The position numbers were made by a program, and so were the translations under genes. The notes beneath the pieces are model-generated. The model was not told the DNA's origin, made no database searches, and was given only the letters and a program-made list of their open reading frames with translations. DNA of 47,469 bases, the filler included, from Streblomastix strix (Eukaryota): NCBI GenBank assembly GCA_008636045.1. It is 2 parts of 2 records of this genome, joined end to end, with 100 filler letters (N's around TTAATTAATTAA, not from the genome) between each part and the next. Parts side by side here need not be neighbours in the genome. Positions count along the whole stretch, not along the records: positions 23,799 to 47,469 come from SNRW01000266.1; 1 more part is not named here. One strand, written 5' to 3'. This document shows positions 38,454 through 47,469 of this stretch, in pieces (position 1 is the stretch's first letter; the number at the start of each line of letters is the position of its first letter).

Positions 38454-39233
38454 ATGACAACAATATAAACGAATCAGATTAGAGTTCATAAAAGTAAGCA
38501 TGCAAATCCTGTTAAGAAAGAATTGTCACAAGAAGGTATGGAGAGATTATAAGCCATTGTTGACGCGATAACAAATAGTTTTCGGAAACAAATTGAAATT
38601 CCGCAGCTTTAAGTTTAACGGAACTAGCTCCAACCTATATTTTCACATAAATTGAGCAACGCAGTTGATAGCCTTTAGGCCGGCAATGGAATTGCTACTC
38701 CGATTTAATCACGTGAATTCAACATCGATGAAGATCAATAAAGAGGAATTTAAACCGATCGTCCACGACGAAGAGCATACAATATTCATAAATATAAGGA
38801 GGTTTCGCGCGAAACTGCTTAAGTTGAACCAGAATAAGTTGTAAAAGATACATATTTATCTCATCCTAACTTAGAAGTTTAGAAATTTATCATAGCTTTT
38901 GTATGGCGTACGGTAGATTCCCGTAAGAAAGGATAAGATTTCATATTCAATTCAGATAATTATATCAAACTCTTGGCATTAATAATATAAGAAGATGAGA
39001 ATTATATTGATGTTGTAGTGGAAGAACCATTGATGAGATATAATAGTTGTACTTCGAAAAAATACTAAAAGAAAGAAATCGTAAGAGTAAATGATGTTCC
39101 AATAAAGAATGTCTCAATTTCTAACCTTGATAACGTCTTATGGAATAGTATCGAGAAGCTGTATCAAGTAAATATGGACTTTGTCAGGTTATCTGATAAA
39201 CTTGAATCAGATACTGTACATGATGATTTCTGA
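38454..39233 (+). CDS. Intact 259-aa orphan protein of the viral element
   Basis: ATG 38454 to TGA 39231-39233 with no internal TGA (MTTIQTNQIRVHKSKHANPVKKELSQEGMERLQAIVDAITNSF...LESDTVHDDF*). A GC-rich hairpin follows immediately. Confidence 0.7.
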
Positions 39234-39281
39234 CGCTGCGCAAAGCTCGCGGCAGTAATCTGACTCATCAGCTTGCTCCCA

Positions 39282-40358
39282 ATGGGAGTAAAGCTTCGCA
39301 TTTCTGATTAAAATATGGAGGTTTAAGAAATGATTTATTTTTGTTGAAAACTAATGTAATAAGAAGCGTAATAAATAACTGATTTAAAAGATTCATCAGA
39401 AGAAGAACTATAATAAATAAAATCAGAATATGAGAAGTTGAAGAAATAAAAATAAGAAATATAATCACTATAGAAGTTATAGAAATAAAATATTTAATAG
39501 ATAGTTAATGAGATAATAAAATATTTTACTTATTTTAGTTAATTCTTTAAGAAATTGCAGTAAAAAGATGTTGATTTATCGCATTTAGTAACATTAAACA
39601 CAGCCTAAACTATTATTGCAACTAAATCATTTAGGAATCAAGTTACAGAATAATCTTTTAAAGAACCAGAAGGTACCAATTAATAAATTATGCTTGCAAA
39701 TGGATCTTACATGAATCATTTTAATTTTAGGCCTTATTATGATGCTGAATGTGTTGATGGAATAAGAATTTCCAGAAATTTAGCAAAATCAACATCGGAT
39801 TAGAATTTTAGCATATATCTTGGCAGTTTAAATACTTAGGAAAGTGGTGCTATAAGTGGATAATGGACAATAAGAGTAGGTAAATTAAATAGTTTATTAA
39901 TTCATCCAAGTAATGATTCATAACATGGATTAGCTATGATGAGTGATAGATTAATGTTTAATGACCTCATAATTTATCCTTCAACTTTATTAACTAATTA
40001 TTGTAGTTCCATAACTTTGAATACAAATGTTTCATTTTCGTCCGAATTTTCGACATAATTCGTCTTTAAATGGTAAAAAATGTTGTTTATTAACATGGTT
40101 CTAACAATATATGAGACAACATTCAGTTAGAAAGTAATTACATTAAGCATTCCATAAGATATTAGACCAACATTAGAAAAATAATATCTTCCACTTTAAG
40201 AAATTTCTATTTCATAAAGTTCTGCTTATCCAACGAATGTTTATTTAAGAATTAATGGTCCAATTGATGGTTATTACTGGTAAGTATGGAATAATCAAAA
40301 AATAAGTTTGTTAACAGGAAATTCTGTTACAATTAATGGAATGTATTCACTATAGTGA
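39282..40358 (+). pseudogene. Fibre/spike-like protein: N-terminal coiled coil, tail-fibre-like repeat, beta-rich C-terminal head
   Basis: Q/K/E heptad region, then LVTLNTAQTIIATKSF, GTNQQIMLANG, GIRISR, SIYLG, GQWTI, IPQDIRP. Ends at TGA 40356-40358; one early in-frame TGA near 39345. Confidence 0.55.
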
Positions 40359-40409
40359 ACGGACAACCGAGCGAAGCTCGACAACATTAGGTGTCGCTTC
40401 GTTGCCTAC

Positions 40410-40631
40410 TCACTGTTAGCCTGACATTGTGTCGAAAGTTTTGAGATTCTATAACTTCAAATACAGAATGCATATCCACATTTTAGCAAGTTCTTCGTCT
40501 TATTTTTCAATTGCTTCCTTAATGAAATCTTCTATTTATTCATCTGTGTACTTGGACCAATGTGCGGTGCATGGTAAACTTTCGGTTTAATGAAAGAATT
40601 ATTTCTCTTAAGATTTTTCTTATGATTCCAT
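40410..40631 (-). CDS. 73-aa orphan protein
   Basis: MESQEKSQEKQFFHQTESLPCTAHWSKYTDEQIEDFIKEAIEKQDEELAKMWICILYLKLQNLKTFDTMSGQQ*. It converges on the hairpin cluster at 40368-40409. Confidence 0.5.
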
Positions 40632-40683
40632 GTCTACCTTCATCTTCGGACATTGTATCTTATTTTTGTTTCTTCTACGATAA

Positions 40684-40911
40684 ATGAATTAGAATACATA
40701 GATGATTATATTCAATGGCACTAGAATCGCATCAAAATAACTCCATAATTACTTTATTAATGAAATTATTTATATAAGATATTCAGGAATAAATAATAAA
40801 ATTACAGAAACTAAGAAGTTAACTCCATAAAAAATAGAATTATTTGTTAATAGTAACAGATTCATTTGGCAATTAACTAAAGCAACTTGCTGCAACAGTT
40901 AACCTAAATGA
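40684..40911 (+). CDS. 75-aa orphan protein
   Basis: MNQNTQMIIFNGTRIASKQLHNYFINEIIYIRYSG...ATCCNSQPK*. Its TGA overlaps the ATPase ATG (ATGA). Confidence 0.5.
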
Positions 40912-41965
40912 CATTAGAAGAGATATAATCCGTTACATCGGACGATAGTCCTATACTAGATGAATACAAAACAAAGCCATTAACAAGAAATTCACTATTA
41001 TTAATCAATGGAAATCATTATATTGTTGGCGTTGTTGAGTCAGGAAAAACAACATTATTAATCAAACTAATTATAATATACAAATAAAGAATTAATCCTT
41101 TCTTTTATATTTTTCAAACTTTTGTGCTGATGAGACTATGGCATTGAGTCTTAACTCGAAGAATATCATATTAACCAAGATAACTTATGAAGATGCAATG
41201 TATTTCTTACCATAATTTGATGAAATCAAGTATTCAGTAAAAGAAGTCTATATTTATTAGAAATTACGTGAACTAAACATATCTTACAAATCAAATTATA
41301 CATAAAGAATTAAGGAAAGAATTATTCAAAGTAATCCAATTAAAGAGAATCCAACACGTCTTGCATCCGCGTCTATCGAGAAATAATTGGAGAAACCTAA
41401 GGATTATGCAAGAAGAATTGCTGAGAAATTTGAAAAAGAGTGCATTGATAAAATAATTAAATACAGTGTTTCGACAATAATTATGAGATTTACTCTCCCA
41501 GTATTCATTTATAATGTGTATTTCGAGAGGAAAATATCTATTTCATAAGTAAATGGAGATGCAGAGTTAAAAATATCAAAAATTCCTATATTATTTCATA
41601 GTTTACTGTTAAATTCATTGTTAATATTTGATGATATTGAAAGTAATGCTGATATATAAAGATTCTCTTCATGATTAGCTAAGACAATAACTCATTTAGT
41701 TTCCGACAGTAGACATAGCAAAAATACTGTTTTCTTTGTTGCATAACGACCAAGTTATTTGTTCAAAACTGCAAGAATATTATCACATGTTATATGTTTA
41801 GGTGTTAATCTATCTGAAAGTGATTTAAAACAAGCTTATGAAGAGAAATCTATTTGGAATCTAGACTTTGATGAGTTTATGCTAGTATATGGTACTCTTA
41901 ACAAGTATGAATTCATAATACTTAATAAATATTAAAGTAAATATGAAATACTAAAGAATCAATGA
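40908..41965 (+). pseudogene. A32-like (FtsK/HerA) genome-packaging ATPase
   Basis: Walker A YIVGVVESGKTTLL (~41019-41060), Walker B SLLIFDD (~41614-41635), DSRHSKNTVFFVAQ, LFKTAR. Frameshift near 41105, in-frame TGA near 41672; TGA at 41963-41965. Confidence 0.85.
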
Positions 41966-42003
41966 TAAATTATATGATTATATTTATTTTTCTTTATTCA
42001 AAT

Positions 42004-42523
42004 ATGACAGTAGCTAAAACCTTAAGTTAGTAATAGATCTAAGTTATTCGTTTTTCAATTTAACCTGATTTCCAATATTTGATACAATATCAGAGGAAAT
42101 TATCAAGTTCAAGCGGTTAATTACCAAAAAGTGAATATTAATAGTAGATGATTAGAATTCATATATACATGCACTAATAGATTATACTTAGAATTTTGCA
42201 ATAAAACTGGAAACTAATGGTGTTATGACATTGAAGAATATAAATTTATTAAATAATGATTTTTTTGCAAAAATAACTACATTAGAACAGGAAGTTAATG
42301 TGATATAATAGACATTGGGAACTGCAATTTAAGATATTTGTGGTATTTAATAATAAATTAATGTAAATAATGATGAACTTAATAGATAAATACATTTTAG
42401 AGGATACTATTTACTGAACTCAGATATATAATAATTAGAAAACTCTGCCAATGGAGATTTTGCATTCTCCGCTGATAGTGGAACAGTATGGATGTATGAT
42501 TAGAATTGGTATAACATTCGTTG
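42004..42523 (+). pseudogene. 5' part of a second fibre-like structural gene, truncated at the right edge of the element
   Basis: Coiled coil (LEQEVNVIQQTLGTAIQDICGIQQQINV), then ELNRQIHFRGYYLLNSDIQQLENSANGDFAFSADSGTVWMYDQNWYNI, which resembles the FxG...GD....WxY..W module of viral structural/fibre proteins. Frameshift near 42145; breaks abruptly into AT-rich DNA. Confidence 0.55.
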
Positions 42524-42981
42524 ACAAAGCAATTATTTCTTAAATCATATTACTGTCATTAATATTATACTGTTTTCCATGTAAATATTTTATTTTAACC
42601 AAATAAAAATACATTAAATGTGTAAATGTGTTCGAAAATTTTGCTATTTCAGTAATTATGATTTTATACATACAGAAAACGGCAATTGTTTAATTAAATC
42701 CAAATTCTCAACCATTAACAGATTATGTGTTTCAATAAATATTTAAATGAAACGATGCATATATTATTATTTAAATACCTGATGATGCGCCGAGCACTAT
42801 TTTAGTAGCGAGGAGAATTGTGAGTGCAAGCATTTTCCTATTGATTTCATAAGATTTGTTTAACTTTTATTACTAAAAGTTACTTTTCAATTATTTAAAA
42901 AATAAGAATATATTTTTGATTGTTTTTGATACTCTACAAGATTTATTTATAAAATTCGTTGATATTTCTACTACAAAACTC

Positions 42982-45818
42982 ATGGAAGAAAGTTTATAGT
43001 GCCAACAAAATTCTACTGATATGGAGTCATCAATTCGAACACAGTCATAATCTGAGAATAATGTATGCTGTGATAAATTTACAAGTTTTTGTAATTCTTG
43101 TTTATTTGCGCAATCATCTATTAATTCCAGTGTATTATAATTATTTGATATTTAAATATTATTTTTATTATATTTATTATATAAAATCTTTTTAAAACAA
43201 TTTTTTCAAGTCGATAATAACAAATCATAATAATTTAACTTTCTTTCACTTTTTCTTTTTAGATAATCCTATTTGACAATTTTAAATTCATATTTATTTA
43301 TTTTTATGTTATTTTTATTAATGAATTATAGATTAAACTACAGATTGCATAACATGCTGCACATTTACGCCTGCCAGAAATTTCTGACGAAGATAAAATC
43401 GGGTCACTAATTCAACTAATTATTTTGGTTGTGAATAGTATGTATTTTATCTAAATCAATATTTTTTAGTAAGATTTTATAATTTCAGTTGCTGAAAGTG
43501 AGTGGAATGGAATAATAACGACAAGTGGAGTTGTTGAAACTGTTTCAGGATTGATGCTTGAAACTACCAATCCTAAAATCCGCGTATGATAATAGCTTTA
43601 TTTATATCAATAACTATTTTTACTATTTCAAATTGATCAGACATTATGTGGAGCTGTGATTGAAGTAATATAACAACGTGGGTGTGAAAGTGGAGAATCA
43701 ACTGACTGGGGATTACTTCTCTCACCAATTGTCTCACTACTATTTGTATATTTCTTTATTTTATTATTAAATTGTTATATTTTTATTTGAATATATTATT
43801 TATTATATAATCAGAATCCAGATGAAAAGATATCAGAGATTGGAAAATAATCTCTTATGAAAGTTGCTGATCGAAATCCTGAAGCACTTTGTGGGCTCAT
43901 TGAAATTGGATTGTTTGACAAAACATCTGAATTACTTAATCTCACATTTCCTTCTTCATAATCATCTTAATTATCTGAAAAACTATCGTAAAAAGTCATA
44001 TTAAATATTCTTTAAGTTGTTGAATCTATAATTCGTGAAAATGCTTAAGCAGAAATGAAAGCAAAATAATTAATGAAAACCGCAGAAAGAATAAAACAAT
44101 TAAATCCACCCAGACAGATTAAAAGTGTGATTAGTTCAATTATATCCATTTTAGATGATGAATAAGAACAAAATGAAAATAACATTGATAATGATAATAT
44201 TGAAAGATCAATATAAAATAAGATTTAAGAATTAGAAAGAAAAGTTATTGAATCCGAAGAGAGAATTCGTATATTCGAATTGAATAGAAGAGATTCTGAA
44301 TTGAAATTGAGAGAAAATGAAGAAAAATTAAGATTAGTTGAATAAGAAAAAGAAAATGAAAAAGCAAGGGCTGATTAATTGGAATAAGAGAAATAACAGT
44401 TGGTCATACACCTATCGTAGAGAAGATTCAGGAGAGAATTTTCAATCACATCACCAAATATACAACAACAAACTTAACAAACACCAATTGTACCTTAATA
44501 AGCTGCTCCTGCACCAGTTCTAATTGGCGCTCCATAACTTATAGGTTTGAATAATTATGAATTGAAATAAAATGTTGAATAAAAAGAGATGATATTAATT
44601 CTTTATAAAATATTCATATATAAATTTGATTATTATTATATTCCTTTACTATAATCATAATATTAGTACAAGATAAAATTGACTTCACTCCTCTAATATC
44701 ATATCCTGACGATGTTATCATCAATTAGAATCTGTTTACACACACCAATGAGAATGATTATAATTGCACTATTCTCTTTAACCCTGTAATTACCAGTGGA
44801 ATAACGAAATTTGAGATATTCACTGTTCAGGATATATTCAGTGTTATATATTTTATTTATTTGGTGATTTTGAGAAAAAAATATAATTATATTATTTGTC
44901 ATAATTTCCTTTATTGTTTATTTACTAATGTATTTTATTTAATTCATAAACAGATCTCGGAATTGCAGAAGAATCGGCCACCTATGAACGAAAAGAAATA
45001 CCTTTTCCAAAAAGTATATAGAATATAAAAATATGTTTAATATTTAATTATTTTATTTTATTACCAATTTTTTAAATAATAATTAGGAGAAAAAAGGTCA
45101 ATTTTGTACAAGAGTAAGTATGTTCTATGTATATTTTTTAATTAAAATAAATATTCAGTTCATTGTTAAATTAAATTAAAACATTCTTTTATATTATTTT
45201 ATTATTTGTTATTATTATATAATTAGTGGAACAATTCATCATATTGAATATCACCATATGGGGTGCAACAGTGTGTTTTATAATCACCAGAGTATAGCGA
45301 TGGAAGTTTGCATATTATGAATATAGATTAATATTTTAGAGAAATATGAATAAATGATTTAATGAATTTAAATAGAGTAGATAATTTTCTAATTGATTTA
45401 TTATTTCAATTTATTATTAATTTATTCTAGTTAAACCTTGAATCTGACCCAACAACCTTGACCTTCTTCTTGAATAACAAAGAATAGAAGATATATATTA
45501 CACATATACCTCATGCTGTTAGATTCTGGGTAGGGAGAAATATATATAATATTTAGTATATATTTATTTGTATATATCTATTTATGAAATATATTAATCA
45601 ATAGAAAATCATTTTTATATTTAATAAGTATTGAATATATAAAAATATAATTTATCAATATTTGCTCTTTTTATTATTATTCTATTTATTATTTACTGAC
45701 ATAGGTCTGCATTTCCAATAAAGGATCAGCATTCAAACTACTTAACTTCGAAAAGATAGCTGAACCAAAAGCAAAACACGGATATTCTTCCTGGAAATGC
45801 AAATGGGAAAATGATTGA
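42982..45818 (+). CDS. Multi-exon host protein: helical N-terminus, coiled coil, C-terminal B30.2/SPRY-like beta domain
   Basis: Exons bounded by GT-AG. C-terminal CTILFNPVITSGITKFEI / LGIAEES / SIAMEV-NLESDPTTLTFFLNNKEQKIYITHIPHAVRFW-VCISNKGSAFKLLNFE; TGA at 45816-45818. The start codon is uncertain. Confidence 0.65.
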
Positions 45819-46284
45819 TTTGAATGAATAAATAGAAGTGAATAAAGAATAAAAGGTAGTAAAAGGATAAGTTCACATCAATTAATGTGTTATATTGTAG
45901 TAACTCATTTCAATATTTAGTGATACATACATGTTTAATGGTTATATTATTTTTCTTTATTATTATTTTCTAATTTCAAATTATCATATAATATATAAGT
46001 AAATAAAATTGATTTTATTTGATTATTCAAATGTTTATTAAACAAATTTGTAAGTCAAAGTCTTCCTTTCTAATCTCTAAATTTGTTCGTCTTTCATAAT
46101 TATCAGAAACAGGTGTAATCAAATCAAAAGTGTGGGAATGGGGAAAGAACTGGATATGAATGATGGAAAATATGATTTAAAATAGATTTTTTACATTTCG
46201 ATATTAATGAATAAATTCAATTCATTATTTTACATTAAAATTATTATATTATACCATTGAATAAGTGTGAAGGTGTGAAACATA

Positions 46285-46935
46285 TCAAACTTATTTATTC
46301 CTCCATGGTCTTGGATTGCTCCTGTGAATAAAGTAGTTCAATATTGTCCATTTAACTTCGTATGCATAATCTTTAATATTATAATACCCGATTCTTTCAC
46401 TTATGAATTTTACTTCAACTTCTTCAATTCCACCCTCTTCCTCTACTTGTTCAAATGATCTTTTTTCAAGCAGAAGTTAATGTGAGAAGTATGGTTAGCG
46501 ATAATTACTCCCTTGATGAAGATCTTAGAGGAATGCGGAGAGGTAAACTAATCCCCTCCAGATCGACAAATCATTTTCCTCACCATTTCCACCTGCTGTG
46601 CTAAATGAAACGACAAATAATCCAGCATATTTTTCATTCACAAGTTCTGATTAATCTGAAACATCACCATAGCTTTGAATCCTATAAAGACAATTTCTGC
46701 TGCTACTTCTAACTTCTTATGATAATTCACCTTATTTCATGTCTGTTTTTATGCTTATTTTATATGTAGTAAGATTAGCGAGTGAGTGAATTAGGTTTGG
46801 AATTTTAAATATTTTTTTACTAATAATATTATTATTATTGATTTGATTCCAAATGAGAAAAAGAGAATCAATAGTATTTGAAAGTGAAGTGGAATTATTC
46901 GATTGTTATTATTTCAATTATTCATTTGAATTTCT
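46285..46935 (-). CDS. 3' part of a host multigene-family helical (ARM-like) hypothetical protein; 5' end unresolved or decayed
   Basis: Open frame IPNLIHSLANLTTYKI...VRSSSRNCLYRIQSYGDVSDQSELVNEKYAGLFVVSFSTAGGNGEENDLSIWRGL...FEQVEEEGGIEEVE...RSNPRPWRNKQV*, TGA at 46287-46285. Confidence 0.6.
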
Positions 46936-47469
46936 TGAAGTTCCTTAATATGTTTTTTTTTGTAAAGTTCATTTAGGGATTGAATTTTTGTATTTAATGA
47001 AGAAGATTTTATTTAATATATATTGAGTTCAAATGTTATCTAAAATTATTTTTATACAAAATTATTATTATTGTGCGGGTTATTTCATATGTGCAGGTTA
47101 ATTTGAATGCCTTAATACGTTTTATAACATAAAGGCTTTCGCAAAAACCCGCACATAGAATATGAAAATGTTTATCATTATATTTTTAAATATATGGGTG
47201 TTTAACCATGGCATTTTGGGGAAATTTGCCCTAAAATTACTAAAAAAAATTTCCTCAAACGTTATTCGAAAACCACACACTCTTAAATCGTTCGAAAATT
47301 TTCAAAAAATTGAAATATTATAAAATTAAGAGACAATAACCACAGCTGTAAGACTTGAAAATCAGTTTTTCTAAATCCATGCAAAGTTTTCGTTTCACTT
47401 AATTGTTTGCTTTTATCAGAATAACTGCTTGGGTGTATGTCATATTTTGCATATTATTATAAATAATGC

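Larger units (their letters stand above)
28377..42523. mobile_element. Degraded Polinton/Maverick-like endogenous DNA virus (truncated on the right; no TIRs or capsid gene found within the block)
   Basis: About 14 kb of tightly packed intronless ORFs containing the hallmark trio: protein-primed PolB, rve integrase and A32-type ATPase. Also a primase-helicase and fibre-like genes. Scattered TGAs and frameshifts. Confidence 0.9.

Noticed and set aside
172..41965. TGA also reassigned (for example to Trp), as in all-stop-reassigned genomes
   Set aside because: In-frame TGAs are concentrated in mobile elements and one gene that also carry frameshifts. They fall at positions that fit different residues, TGG is used for Trp, and host genes end cleanly at TGA. 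Pseudogene decay explains this better.
27900..42900. Terminal inverted repeats and target-site duplication of the Polinton-like element
   Set aside because: By eye I found no inverted match between the left flank and the sequence after 42523. The right end breaks mid-gene, so this copy is truncated.

Overview
This is very AT-rich eukaryotic DNA with GT-AG introns. TAA/TAG are read as Gln and only TGA stops (NCBI table 6), so the supplied ORF track is fragmented. The gene families suggest an oxymonad such as Streblomastix strix (inference). Translations and coordinates were done by eye, and edges may be off by a few bases. Left to right: (1) decayed remnants of an endogenous DNA virus (1-1020); (2) a 10.4-kb gene for a pseudokinase (HGN catalytic loop) with a C2 domain and long Q/E-rich and helical regions; (3) a divergent Rcd1/CNOT9-like gene; (4) a disrupted single-pass surface-protein gene; (5) a 100-bp scaffold gap; (6) a truncated, partly duplicated DIRS-type retrotransposon (gag-like ORF1, RT, part of RNase H); (7) a ~14-kb degraded Polinton/Maverick-like endogenous virus (28.4-42.5 kb); (8) two host multigene-family genes. 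The viral element encodes a PrimPol-SF3 helicase, a protein-primed PolB with putative vOTU and HNH domains and a degenerate exonuclease, a DD(35)D integrase, an A32-type ATPase, two fibre-like genes and several orphans. The most unusual signal is a family of GC-rich GNA-triloop hairpins. They occur between viral genes and also in-frame inside unrelated viral ORFs, and paired copies differ at the loop N position.
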